The notes below the pieces were generated by a model, which worked only from the letters and a program-made list of their open reading frames with translations, had not been told where the DNA came from and searched no databases. From positions 186,001-250,000 of the forward strand of contig JAHDYR010000002.1 of NCBI GenBank assembly GCA_019828565.1: 64,000 nucleotides of DNA. Direction: 5' to 3'. Shown here one piece after another: positions 10,777 through 22,469 of the stretch. The position numbers were made by a program, and so were the translations under genes. Each line of letters starts with the position of its first letter. The stretch's first letter is position 1. Origin of the DNA: Carpediemonas membranifera BICM. Lineage: Eukaryota > Protista > Fornicata.

Positions 10777-13056
10777 CTAGGACCGGGCCCGCCACCTGCG
10801 ACGAATACGAGCCAGAGTCGGCTCTAGTGTAGGGTTCTCGCGCAAATATTGGTCTAGGGCCTCCAGCTGGTCGGTGTCTCTGGTAAAACTAATCCAAGAG
10901 TCTTCGCTCGGCTCGTAGCCCAGCCAGTGGACTTTGAATTCGACCTTGGACCCCTTGTTTGAGACCCTGTGCTTGTAGACATTGTCGACCACGTACTCAC
11001 CGCACTCGGCGGCAAGTCTAGCGATCAGGGCTTGCTCGTCCTCTGGCGTCTCGACAGGAATGAGTCGCTCATCGCTGACCAGGACCTCTGCCAGCGACAC
11101 TAAGTCGCGAACCACGTGCGTAGCGGGCGATTCGCCGGCTCGTACAACCTTCATCGGGCCCCGGAGGCTGGTGAGCAGCTTGGGAGCTCTGCCAACGTAG
11201 CGGAGGAGTGCGAAGGAGCCATCCGGGAAGCTCGGAGGTGTGTCGCTGTCCTCGCCGCTCTTGTTTCGTTCGCTATACCGTTGGAGATGAGCCTTGGCTT
11301 GCAGACGGCGGGTATTAAGGGCGTCGCGGAACGCCTTCAGGCAATCGGCTTGGCCCGCCGACATTTCCTTAAATAGGGCCCACGCCCGCTCGTATTGCGC
11401 GACTGAAAACTGCTCGGAGTCGGATCCCGAATTGCCTGTCACTAGGCGTAAGGGGGCTTGCCCCGTGGCCCGTGTTGGCCGTGTATTAATGATGTACTGC
11501 ACTAAAGGGAGGAAAGGAACCCAGTCATAGTCCTGGCTGTCAAATAGTAAACCCCGCAACAGACGAAGGACTTTTCCATTCGTGCGTTCAACAATTCCGT
11601 TGGAGGCTGGGTGATGTGGGGTCGAGTAACGATGCTTGAGGGAGAGGATCCGGTTGACTTCAGCGTCCACTTGGTTCCTAAATTCCGGTCCGCCATCAGT
11701 TTGAAGTAGCGCTGGTTTCCCAAATAGGGCCCAGACTTCTAGCATTGCTTGGGCTGTCTCGGCGGCCGTGGTTGATCTCACCGGCTTCAGTACCACGTAT
11801 TTCGTGAAGACATCTGTGAAGACCAAGACGCCCTTGTACTCACCGCTAGCCCCCAGGGAGAGAGTGTCGACTTGGACGCATTCAAAGGGCGTGTACCGGT
11901 GTGTGCTGTTCTTCGCCGGGGGCGTTCGCTTGTGTGCGCGCAACTTCTGGCATGTCAAGCACTGCTTGACTACCCGCTTGGCGAGTGCCGAGACGTCGGG
12001 CCAAACATGACCCGCCTCCATCGCAAGAGTCGTAAGGCGTACTGCCTTGGGGTGGCCATTGGCGCCCTCATGCAGATCTTGAAGTATGCGCAGCTTCTCC
12101 TCCTCCGATGGTACGATCTCGGCACTGTTCACAGTCTTAGTCGACGATTCTAGCCGTGAAAGAGCGTCGGCGACCACATTATGCTCGCCTGATATGTGGG
12201 CAATGTTGAAATTGAATTCTTGCAAAGCAATCCGCCAGCGCATCACCTTGGGGGATACGAGGGAGCGGCGCATGAGGTACACAATATTCCGGTGGTCTGT
12301 GTGGATAGTGAGCGAGTTAACCATCTTGAGTAGAGGACTCAAGTCAGGCCGGGTGAGGGTATGAAGGATTGCGTACAGCTCCTTGTCGTAGGTGGCCCAG
12401 CGCCTCTGCGTCGCGTTAAATAATTTCGAAACGAAGGCGACCAGGCGGCGATTCGCGCCCTCTCCCTGGGTGATTACGGCCCCAAGCCCCCGGTCGCTTG
12501 CGTCAGTGTAAACGTCCCATGGCAGGCTGGGATCAGGCTGAGCCAGGACGGTCTCTTGGGCTACCGCCTCTCTCAGGGCCACGAGGGCTTCCTCTTGGCG
12601 TGGTCCCCATACGAATGGCTCACCGGCGTTCCTGATCAGCTCATAGAGGGGGTCCACAAGGTCCGCCGCGGCTGGGATGAAGTCGATCACGTAATTAAAC
12701 ATCCCTAAGAGTGTTCTGACCCCTGAAACATTGCTCGGAGCCTCTATCGACGTGAGTGCTTCAATCCGTCGCTTGTCGATGCTCTTCCCCTCGCGGGAAA
12801 GGTGGAAGCCCACGATGTCTAACTCCTCCGCGCCGATCACACATTTTGCCGGGCTAAGCCGAAGGTCATACTTTGTCAGCAACTGGAAGGTTTGCTCTAA
12901 GCGTGCTATAAGTTCCTCCTCAGATTGGGCGTAGATTAAGATGTCGTCAATATAGACCAGCACCCCCCGGTGGAGTACCGGGGCGAGGATGGATTGCATG
13001 GTACGCTGGAAATAACTCGGAGCGTTAGTCAGCCCGAATGGGACTCGGTTGAACTC
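10777..13056 (-). CDS. pol: Element A pol, 3' part: RT (YIDD), RNase H, integrase (HHCC, DDE, GPY/F-like), chromodomain
   Basis: VPFGLTNAPSYFQ, YIDD, TDAS, TDH, CLTC, QTDGG..F, SNGIVER, YVVDNV...VHWLGY. Confidence 0.95.
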   Translation of the reverse strand, partial: EFNRVPFGLTNAPSYFQRTMQSILAPVLHRGVLVYIDDILIYAQSEEELIARLEQTFQLLTKYDLRLSPAKCVIGAEELDIVGFHLSREGKSIDKRRIEALTSIEAPSNVSGVRTLLGMFNYVIDFIPAAADLVDPLYELIRNAGEPFVWGPRQEEALVALREAVAQETVLAQPDPSLPWDVYTDASDRGLGAVITQGEGANRRLVAFVSKLFNATQRRWATYDKELYAILHTLTRPDLSPLLKMVNSLTIHTDHRNIVYLMRRSLVSPKVMRWRIALQEFNFNIAHISGEHNVVADALSRLESSTKTVNSAEIVPSEEEKLRILQDLHEGANGHPKAVRLTTLAMEAGHVWPDVSALAKRVVKQCLTCQKLRAHKRTPPAKNSTHRYTPFECVQVDTLSLGASGEYKGVLVFTDVFTKYVVLKPVRSTTAAETAQAMLEVWALFGKPALLQTDGGPEFRNQVDAEVNRILSLKHRYSTPHHPASNGIVERTNGKVLRLLRGLLFDSQDYDWVPFLPLVQYIINTRPTRATGQAPLRLVTGNSGSDSEQFSVAQYERAWALFKEMSAGQADCLKAFRDALNTRRLQAKAHLQRYSERNKSGEDSDTPPSFPDGSFALLRYVGRAPKLLTSLRGPMKVVRAGESPATHVVRDLVSLAEVLVSDERLIPVETPEDEQALIARLAAECGEYVVDNVYKHRVSNKGSKVEFKVHWLGYEPSEDSWISFTRDTDQLEALDQYLRENPTLEPTLARIRRRWRARS

Positions 13057-13178
13057 TGTTGTGGGTCCTACCCAAAGTTACACAGATTTACGTTATATTT
13101 AATAGTCAAGGAGTTTCTCCTCGACACCCTTGTGTCGAGTCTTCTCCTCAGTAAAAGTTCAACACCCATTGAACCACA
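13057..13178 (+). repeat. Element B LTR (other copies 18389-18510, 23723-23846, 29550-29671, 30167-30288)
   Basis: Five near-identical copies; TATA-like TTATATTTAA, CTCGACAC/GTGTCGAG hairpin, AGTAAA, terminal GTTCAA/TTGAAC hairpin. Confidence 0.97.
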
Positions 13179-13199
13179 GTACTAGTACTACCAAAACAT

Positions 13200-16100
13200 A
13201 TGGGTACGGAAACTTACAGAAGCCTGAAGAAGAATCCGCCTCTCCTGAAGAAGTCCTCCATGGACGCTCTTTTGGACTTTGCGGATAACCTCCACGATCA
13301 TCGCGCCTTAGGCGGCCGCGATGATGTTATTGACCTCATCGAGCCTAGCATAGCAGAGCTAGCAGGCCTTAACGACGACGAAGAGGTTGAAGACACTCCT
13401 CTCCTGCTCTCCGCGAAGCTCCGTAAGAAACGTCGTGTCGCAGCCCAAGATGAACGAGTCCTCAAGCGCCTCGGTGCTGCCCTTCGACCTTCTCGCCCGA
13501 GCATGCGTCTACAGCTCTTCCGAGTCCCCGCCAAGTCCTTCGAGCCTGATGAGGTTGCTCGAGTGAACCGCCGATTCAATCTGCTCTTGAAGCTCGTTCA
13601 ACCCGAAGATCCCGAGGACGTCTTGAAGGAGACGTACAGCCGCTGCTTCAAGTTCCCCAACAACAGTCGCATCATGTATCGAGTCAGAGAATCAACGGAG
13701 CGCAAGGATCTCAAGGACGCAATGGCTGATGTCCTCGTCATGTCACGCGACCTCAAGGAGTCCAAGGAGATGATCGCTTCCTTCGGCGCTGCGGGGGTCT
13801 CCGACTCACAGCGTACCAACACCACGCCCTCCCATACACGGCACACGGGGAGCGGTCCGAAGAACCCTCATCGACGCGAGCCTGACCGCACGAACGTAGC
13901 CCCCTCAAAAGGCAAGCCGATCGACAAGCCCAAGCACGAGAAGAAGCCATTCGTGTGCTTCAACTGCGGTAAGGTCGGTCACTCCGCTCGCCGATGCCCT
14001 GCTCCGAAGACAACCTGTTCCAAGTGCCAGAAGCCGGGCCACCGAGCTGAATTCTGCCGTTCTGAGGTAAATTCAGCTCGTTGTGTGTTTTCTCTCGGTT
14101 CCCGTCAGAGTGTCCTTCCCACCGTCAAGGCTAGCATTCTTAAGCAAGTCGTGTCCGTCCTGTTCGACTCGGGCGCTGACTGCGCAACCATTGACCCCAA
14201 GCTCTGCTACGGCAAGGCAGTGAAGTGGATCTCACACGAGAAGACACTTATCGAGACAGTGGGCGGCGTCAGAGAGGCCGAGGGTCAGGTATCCTTCCGC
14301 CTCGTCTTAGCGCCCTCGCCATTCACTCCGCGCGGATGCTCTATCACTATTAAGGCCTACGTCCTGTCGACCGCTTTCGATGTATGCCTGGGTTACCCTC
14401 AGATGGTGGAGATCGGCCTTCTCCCTTCGTTGTCTGAGCCTACCAGCGAGCTCGCAGCCAGCGACGAACCACCTACATTCGAGAAGTACGTCGCGCAAGC
14501 CAGAGCCATGTCCTCTTCCTTTTCTCAGAGGCAGGCCGACATCCTCAAGCGTTACGCCCGGACATTCGTGGACCGTACCGAGCCAAGCCGGCTCGAACCG
14601 TATGATTTGGTCCTCAAGGGCGACAGAGTCGTACACATTCGGCCGTACTATGTTCCCCCGCCGAAAGTCCCGATCATTCAAGAGCACATTAATACGCTCC
14701 TGGCAAAGCGCTACATCGAGGCATGCCAGTCTCAATACGCGAGCCCTACCATCATAGTTCCAAAGAAGGGGGGAAAGACGCGTTTTGTCGTCGACTTCCG
14801 CGAGATCAATCAACTAACGGAACCATTCGACTACCCCATCCCTCGCATAGACGAAGTTCTCACTCAACTGTCCGGAAAGTCTGTGTTCGCTACCCTAGAC
14901 TTGTCAGCAGGATACCATCAGATCCCTCTTACTGAACGGTGCCGTCACCTAACCGCCTTCCGTACTGTTTTTGGTCAATACCAATATACACGGATGCCCT
15001 TCGGCTTACGTAACGCCGGAGCGTACTTCCAGAGGGCGATGGAAGACGGGTTCAAGGGTCTGGTGGGCTCCGCCTGTGTCATATACATTGATGACATCAT
15101 CGTCATGGGTGCGGATGAGGACGAGTACCTGGGAAACCTCGAAAAAGTCATGCAACGCGTTGACAAGCTTAACCTTCAGCTCGGCCGAGATAAGTGCCAG
15201 TTCGGTCGGCAAGAGGTCGAGTTCCTCGGGTGGATCATATCCCAAGGCAGCGTGAAGATCTCACCCCAGCGGACCGAAGATATCGCGAACCTCAAGCTGT
15301 CTTCATCCACGAAGGGCATGCAGGGTCTCAACGGATTCCTCAACTATTTCCGCGATTACATACCCAACTTCGCGGTCCGAGCTAAGCCTCTGCTAGACGC
15401 CATGTCCGGTCGGCAGACCCCCCTCGAGACGTTCTTCAGAAGTCGCTGGACGATCTGAAACAAGCTTTATGTTCGGCCGACGCTCTAGCCATGTTCGACG
15501 CGACTAAGCCTCACACCGTCATGACTGACGCATCCGATGTCGGGTACGGAGCAGTCTTACTCCAAGAGGGCCGACCAGTTTGCTATATGTCGCGTGCGTT
15601 CAACGACGTCCAGTCACGCTGGTGTACCGGTGAGAAAGAAGCCTACGCTATCGTGGCAGCGTTACAACGATGGCGCAAGTTCCTGTGCTGGGAGAGCTTT
15701 ACTATTCTCACGGATCACCGGAACCTACTCTATATGTACCGGTCCACCAACGCCAAGGTCCGCCGGTGGGCTGATTCGATCGCCGATTTAGATTTCACCC
15801 TACAGCACATCGCCGGTCTGGACAACGGTGGAGCCGACGGTCTCTCGAGAGTATTCTCCATGCAACAGGCGTCGAGGGATCAGGTATCCCGCGCTCATCT
15901 CACAGCAGGAGCTCATCTGTCTCGCCGGATGACAACCGAGCAACTTAGGGCCGACGGTTTGTCTGTCTCCCGTCAAGTCGTAGACGACGTGATTACCGCG
16001 TGTCCAGAGTGCCAAGTCTTGGCCCGCCCTCCTGTTGATACACCCGACGGCCTGCATACAGCTGTAGACCTCCCGTTCCGGCGTGTGGCCATTGACACCA

Positions 16101-17137
16101 TGGGTCCGCTACCGACGGTCAACGGCCTGTCCTACGTGACAGTAATGATCGACATGTGCTCCCGCTGGACAGAGCTAGTCCCGGTCAACAGCACCTCAGC
16201 CAAAGACGCAGCCAACGCATTGGTCAACACCTGGATTCTACGATACGGATGCCCCGAAGTCGTCCAATCGGATGGGGGCTCAGAGTTCAAAAACGCTCTG
16301 TTCAAACGCCTCTCCGAAGAGATGGGGTTCGACGTCCACATAACGACAGCATACCATCCCCAGAGCAACGGTGTCGTCGAACGCGCGAACAAGGAGGTCG
16401 AACGCATCCTCAGAGCCAGGAAGCTGGAGTTAAGGAATAACGATTGGGTAGCACACCTACCAGTCGCCCAATTCTTGGTCAACTCAATGCCCAGGATCCC
16501 GACCCGGTTGACTCCGGCCGAGATCATGTTTGGCGCCAATTTATCAATACCGTCATCGATCTATATCACGGATGCCGCCTCGGCTGGTCCGCCACAGTCG
16601 AAGCTAGCCGCAGCCGATGCCGCCATCCAACTCGCCAAAGCAAGGATTAGAGCCATGCGCGAAGACGCTCTCGCAAAGGCAACCTCATCGAGAAGCGAGA
16701 TATTGAGCCGTTTCGTGCTGGTCAAATACTACCCAAGACCACCGAGCAAGCTAGCCCCGGGCTGGCGCGGCCCCATGAGGCGTGTCGCAGCCGTCAAACG
16801 TGATGGTGTTGTCGTCGCATATGAGGTACAAGACCTCAGTCAGTCAGCGGACGGTCCAACTATCAAGGTAGACGCGGCACGTGTGCGAAGATTTGACCCA
16901 GGCAAGCTCTCGGAGCAACAGATCTATGACCTCGCAGCCGCTTCCGTCGATGAGTGGCATGTCGAGCGCATCTCACGCTCTAGAGGCTCGGGCCCCAAGT
17001 CAAGGCGCGAGTACCTCGTACACTGGGTCGGATTCGAGGATTCAGAGGCTTCATTCGAACCTTATTCGCACGTCAAAGATTTGGAAGCCCTCGATACATA
17101 TTTGAAGTCTGACCAAGCCAAGCGTGACGGTCTGTAA
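13200..17137 (+). CDS. gag-pol: Element B gag-pol copy 1 (2 CCHC knuckles, protease, RT, RNase H, integrase, chromodomain); frameshift at C-run 15418-15423
   Basis: CFNCGKVGH...C, LFDSGA, YIDD, TDAS, CPEC, QSDGG, SNGVVER, WHVERI...YLVHWVGF. Confidence 0.93.
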
Positions 17138-17179
17138 AACTTCTCAACATCGAAGCTGTATCCTCGAGGAACAAACGAT

Positions 17180-18016
17180 TTATTCAGAGCTAGATTCCTC
17201 GTCTTCCGTCTCCTCCGTGTCCGTCAGCTCGACCAACCAAGTCGGGTCAGCGTGGCGCTCAAGGGCGTTCTCAGCCAAGTACTCTCGCACACACCGGACA
17301 AGGCAGAGATCAGCGTTGAGGGACACGATGCTGAGTCCCGAGTATCCGTCATACTGCAGGATCAACACAAAAGACCCGGGACCACAAGTCGTCTTCAGAT
17401 ACTCGTGACGGACTACGCACGTGACAGTGTAGTAGCGGTCCGGATCAGAGACCTGAAGCGGCTCCCAGTGAGCCTCATCGCCAATGGCGGGCAGGTAGCC
17501 GTCGTGGCACAAGCGGCTGACCAGGGTTGCCCAGAAGTCGTTGGGAGCCGGGATGCGCCGGCTGATGCCGTAGACAGCGACACGGAAGTAGTCCGGTGCG
17601 AGGACGAGGACCAACAGGCGGTTAAGATATCCGCGCGCTGTAGTGTCCGACTTGACCCCGCCGGCAGTCCGCACAGCCGCCACGAGAGCTGCAGAGTAGT
17701 GACCATTACCGGGTGAAGATCCACCCAGCGTGATGTCGCGGCCCCGGATCGCGGCCGACACGATGTCGCCATCGGACAAGCGCTTCCTGCCGAGCTTGAG
17801 GTGGGCCCTCACACCGGCAAGCGCGACCTGGCAATGAGCCACGAGAGCCAAGACCTGCTGGGTCAGCTTCACGTCCTGCACTACGGCTGCGTCGTTCAGA
17901 CGACCTTGCTCAATAGCGTCAAAGATTCGCTGGAGCGGCAGCTCGATGGAGTTGGTGTAACCTTCCAGGCGTCGGGCAACCTCGGCCTTGATGTCGTGGG
18001 GCATCAGAGTCGTCAT
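17180..18016 (-). CDS. Element B antisense accessory protein (278 aa) with C-terminal chromodomain-like segment and acidic tail; other copies 22512-23349 (1-nt indel) and 27849-28685
   Basis: Non-overlapping ORF convergent with pol, TTATATA ~45 nt upstream of the ATG, open in copies 1 and 3. Confidence 0.8.
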   Translation of the reverse strand: MTTLMPHDIKAEVARRLEGYTNSIELPLQRIFDAIEQGRLNDAAVVQDVKLTQQVLALVAHCQVALAGVRAHLKLGRKRLSDGDIVSAAIRGRDITLGGSSPGNGHYSAALVAAVRTAGGVKSDTTARGYLNRLLVLVLAPDYFRVAVYGISRRIPAPNDFWATLVSRLCHDGYLPAIGDEAHWEPLQVSDPDRYYTVTCVVRHEYLKTTCGPGSFVLILQYDGYSGLSIVSLNADLCLVRCVREYLAENALERHADPTWLVELTDTEETEDEESSSE

Positions 18017-18089
18017 CGTCAGGGTGCGAGTGATGCGTTCTGAGGCTTGCACGCGGTGACTATATAACCTCACGGTTGATGTTTGTTAC

Positions 18090-18320
18090 TTACAGATTGT
18101 CGGTGACCATGCGCTTGCGTCCACGATACTTCTGAGCGCGAAGGGAACGACAAACGGACGTATGGGCAACAATAAGTGGCCTAGCCAGATCGTCATCACC
18201 AAGTTCGGTGATTTTGGCACGAATTTCCTTCAGAACGGCCTCTACGGCTGTGTTGTCCGACATCAAATGAGTTGACGGCGACATATCCTGCACATTTCTC
18301 GGAAACGGTCGAAGGAACAA
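18090..18320 (-). CDS. Small antisense ORF of element B (helical, basic C-terminus); shifted at a T-run in copies 2/3
   Basis: MSDNTAVEAVLKEIRAKITELG...RGRKR; fills the gap upstream of the 278-aa ORF. Confidence 0.4.
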   Translation of the reverse strand: MFLRPFPRNVQDMSPSTHLMSDNTAVEAVLKEIRAKITELGDDDLARPLIVAHTSVCRSLRAQKYRGRKRMVTDNL

Positions 18321-18531
18321 CTAACAAGGTCATCTTAGTCTTCAAGCATGCATTTATTGTCGGTAATAAGGCATTAGGAGCTTCCTAGTGTTGTGGGTCC
18401 TACCCAAAGTTACACAGATTTACGTTATATTTAATAGTCAAGGAGTTTCTCCTCGACACCCTTGTGTCGAGTCTTCTCCTCAGTAAAAGTTCAACACCCA
18501 TTGAACCACAGTACTAGTACTACCAAAACAT

Positions 18532-21500
18532 ATGGGTACGGAAACTTACAGAAGCCTGAAGAAGAATCCGCCTCTCCTGAAGAAGTCCTCCATGGACGCT
18601 CTTTTGGACTTTGCGGATAACCTCCACGATCATCGCGCCTTAGGCGGCCGCGATGATGTTATTGACCTCATCGAGCCTAGCATAGCAGAGCTAGCAGGCC
18701 TTAACGACGACGAAGAGGTTGAAGACACTCCTCTCCTGCTCTCCGCGAAGCTCCGTAAGAAACGTCGTGTCGCAGCCCAAGATGAACGAGTCCTCAAGCG
18801 CCTCGGTGCTGCCCTTCGACCTTCTCGCCCGAGCATGCGTCTACAGCTCTTCCGAGTCCCCGCCAAGTCCTTCGAGCCTGATGAGGTTGCTCGAGTGAAC
18901 CGCCGATTCAATCTGCTCTTGAAGCTCGTTCAACCCGAAGATCCCGAGGACGTCTTGAAGGAGACGTACAGCCGCTGCTTCAAGTTCCCCAACAACAGTC
19001 GCATCATGTATCGAGTCAGAGAATCAACGGAGCGCAAGGATCTCAAGGACGCAATGGCTGATGTCCTCGTCATGTCACGCGACCTCAAGGAGTCCAAGGA
19101 GATGATCGCTTCCTTCGGCGCTGCGGGGGTCTCCGACTCACAGCGTACCAACACCACGCCCTCCCATACACGGCACACGGGGAGCGGTCCGAAGAACCCT
19201 CATCGACGCGAGCCTGACCGCACGAACGTAGCCCCCTCAAAAGGCAAGCCGATCGACAAGCCCAAGCACGAGAAGAAGCCATTCGTGTGCTTCAACTGCG
19301 GTAAGGTCGGTCACTCCGCTCGCCGATGCCCTGCTCCGAAGACAACCTGTTCCAAGTGCCAGAAGCCGGGCCACCGAGCTGAATTCTGCCGTTCTGAGGT
19401 AAATTCAGCTCGTTGTGTGTTTTCTCTCGGTTCCCGTCAGAGTGTCCTCCCCTCCGTCAAGGCTAGCATTCTTAAGCAAGTCGTGTCCGTCCTGTTCGAC
19501 TCGGGCGCTGACTGCGCAACCATTGACCCCAAGCTCTGCCACGGCAAGGCAGTGAAGTGGATCTCACACGAGAAGACACTTATCGAGACAGTGGGCGGCG
19601 TCAGAGAGGCCGATGGTCAGGTATCCTTCCGCCTCGTCTTAGCGCCCTCGCCATTCACTCCGCGCGGATGCTCTATCACTATTAAGGCCTACGTCCTGTC
19701 GACCGCTTTCGATGTATGCCTGGGTTACCCTCAGATGGTGGAGATCGGCCTTCTCCCTTCGTTGTCTGAGCCTACCAGCGAGCTCGCAGCCAGCGACGAA
19801 CCACCTACATTCGAGAAGTACGTCGCGCAAGCCAGAGCCATGTCCTCTTCCTTTTCTCAGAGGCAGGCCGACATCCTCAAGCGTTACGCCCGGACATTCG
19901 TGGACCGTACCGAGCCAAGCCGGCTCGAACCGTATGATTTGGTCCTCAAGGGCGACAGAGTCGTACACATTCGGCCGTACTATGTTCCCCCGCCGAAAGT
20001 CCCGATCATTCAAGAGCACATTAATACGCTCCTGGCAAAGCGCTACATCGAGGCATGCCAGTCTCAATACGCGAGCCCTACCATCATAGTTCCAAAGAAG
20101 GGGGGAAAGACGCGTTTTGTCGTCGACTTCCGCGAGATCAATCAACTAACGGAACCATTCGACTACCCCATCCCTCGCATAGACGAAGTTCTCACTCAAC
20201 TGTCCGGAAAGTCTGTGTTCGCTACCCTAGACTTGTCAGCAGGATACCATCAGATCCCTCTTTCTGAACGGTGCCGTCACCTAACCGCCTTCCGTACTGT
20301 TTTTGGTCAATACCAATATACACGGATGCCCTTCGGCTTACGTAACGCCGGAGCGTACTTCCAGAGGGCGATGGAAGACGGGTTCAAGGGTCTGGTGGGC
20401 TCCGCCTGTGTCATATACATTGATGACATCATCGTCATGGGTGCGGATGAGGACGAGTACCTGGGAAACCTCGAAAAAGTCATGCAACGCGTTGACAAGC
20501 TTAACCTTCAGCTCGGCCGAGATAAGTGCCAGTTCGGTCGGCAAGAGGTCGAGTTCCTCGGGTGGATCATATCCCAAGGCAGCGTGAAGATCTCACCCCA
20601 GCGGACCGAAGATATCGCGAACCTCAAGCTGTCTTCATCCACGAAGGGCATGCAGGGTCTCAACGGATTCCTCAACTATTTCCGCGATTACATACCCAAC
20701 TTCGCGGTCCGAGCTAAGCCTCTGCTAGACGCCATGTCCGGTCGGCAGACCCCCTCGAGACGTTCTTCAGAAGTCGCTGGACGATCTGAAACAAGCTTTA
20801 TGTTCGGCCGACGCTCTAGCCATGTTCGACGCGACTAAGCCTCACACTGTCATGACTGACGCATCCGATGTCGGGTACGGAGCAGTCTTACTCCAAGAGG
20901 GCCGACCAGTTTGCTATATGTCGCGTGCGTTCAACGACGTCCAGTCACGCTGGTGTACCGGTGAGAAAGAAGCCTACGCTATCGTCGCAGCGTTACAACG
21001 ATGGCGCAAGTTCCTGTGCTGGGAGAGCTTTACTATTCTCACGGATCACCGGAACCTACTCTATATGTACCGGTCCACCAACGCCAAGGTCCGCCGGTGG
21101 GCTGATTCGATCGCCGATTTAGATTTCACCCTACAGCACATCGCCGGTCTGGACAACGGTGGAGCCGACGGTCTCTCGAGAGTATTCTCCATGCAACAGG
21201 CGTCGAGGGATCAGGTATCCCGCGCTCATCTCACAGCAGGAGCTCATCTGTCTCGCCGGATGACAACCGAGCAACTTAGGGCCGACGGTTTGTCTGTCTC
21301 CCCGTCAAGTCGTAGACGACGTGATTACCGCGTGTCCAGAGTGCCAAGTCTTGGCCCGCCCTCCTGTTGATACGCCCGACGGCCTGCATACAGCTGTAGA
21401 CCTCCCGTTCCGGCGTGTGGCCATTGACACCATGGGTCCGCTACCGACGGTCAACGGCCTGTCCTACGTGACAGTAATGATCGACATGTGCTCCCGCTGG

Positions 21501-22469
21501 ACAGAGCTAGTCCCGGTCAACAGCACCTCAGCCAAAGACGCAGCCAACGCATTGGTCAACACCTGGATTCTACGATACGGATGCCCCGAAGTCGTCCAAT
21601 CGGATGGGGGCTCAGAGTTCAAAAACGCTCTGTTCAAACGCCTCTCCGAAGAGATGGGGTTCGACGTCCACATAACGACAGCATACCATCCCCAGAGCAA
21701 CGGTGTCGTCGAACGCGCGAACAAGGAGGTCGAACGCATCCTCAGAGCCAGGAAGCTGGAGTTAAGGAATAACGATTGGGTAGCACACCTACCAGTCGCC
21801 CAATTCTTGGTCAACTCAATGCCCAGGATCCCGACCCGGTTGACTCCGGCCGAGATCATGTTTGGCGCCAATTTATCAATACCGTCATCGATCTATATCA
21901 CGGATGCCGCCTCGGCTGGTCCGCCACAGTCGAAGCTAGCCGCAGCCGATGCCGCCATCCAACTCGCCAAAGCAAGGATTAGAGCCATGCGCGAAGACGC
22001 TCTCGCAAAGGCAACCTCATCGAGAAGCGAGATATTGAGCCGTTTCGTGCTGGTCAAATACTACCCAAGACCACCGAGCAAGCTAGCCCCGGGCTGGCGC
22101 GGCCCCATGAGGCGTGTCGCAGCCGTCAAACGTGATGGTGTTGTCGTCGCATATGAGGTCCAAGACCTCAGTCAGTCAGCGGACGGTCCAACTATCAAGG
22201 TAGACGCGGCACGTGTGCGAAGATTTGACCCAGGCAAGCTCTCGGAGCAACAGATCTATGACCTCGCAGCCGCTTCCGTCGATGAGTGGCATGTCGAGCG
22301 CATCTCACGCTCTAGAGGCTCGGGCCCCAAGTCAAGGCGCGAGTACCTCGTACACTGGGTCGGATTCGAGGATTCAGAGGCTTCATTCGAACCTTATTCG
22401 CACGTCAAAGATTTGGAAGCCCTCGATACATATTTGAAGTCTGACCAAGCCAAGCGTGACGGTCTGTAA
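18532..22469 (+). CDS. gag-pol: Element B gag-pol copy 2; frameshifts at ~20752 and ~21301
   Basis: Near-identical to copy 1. Confidence 0.9.
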
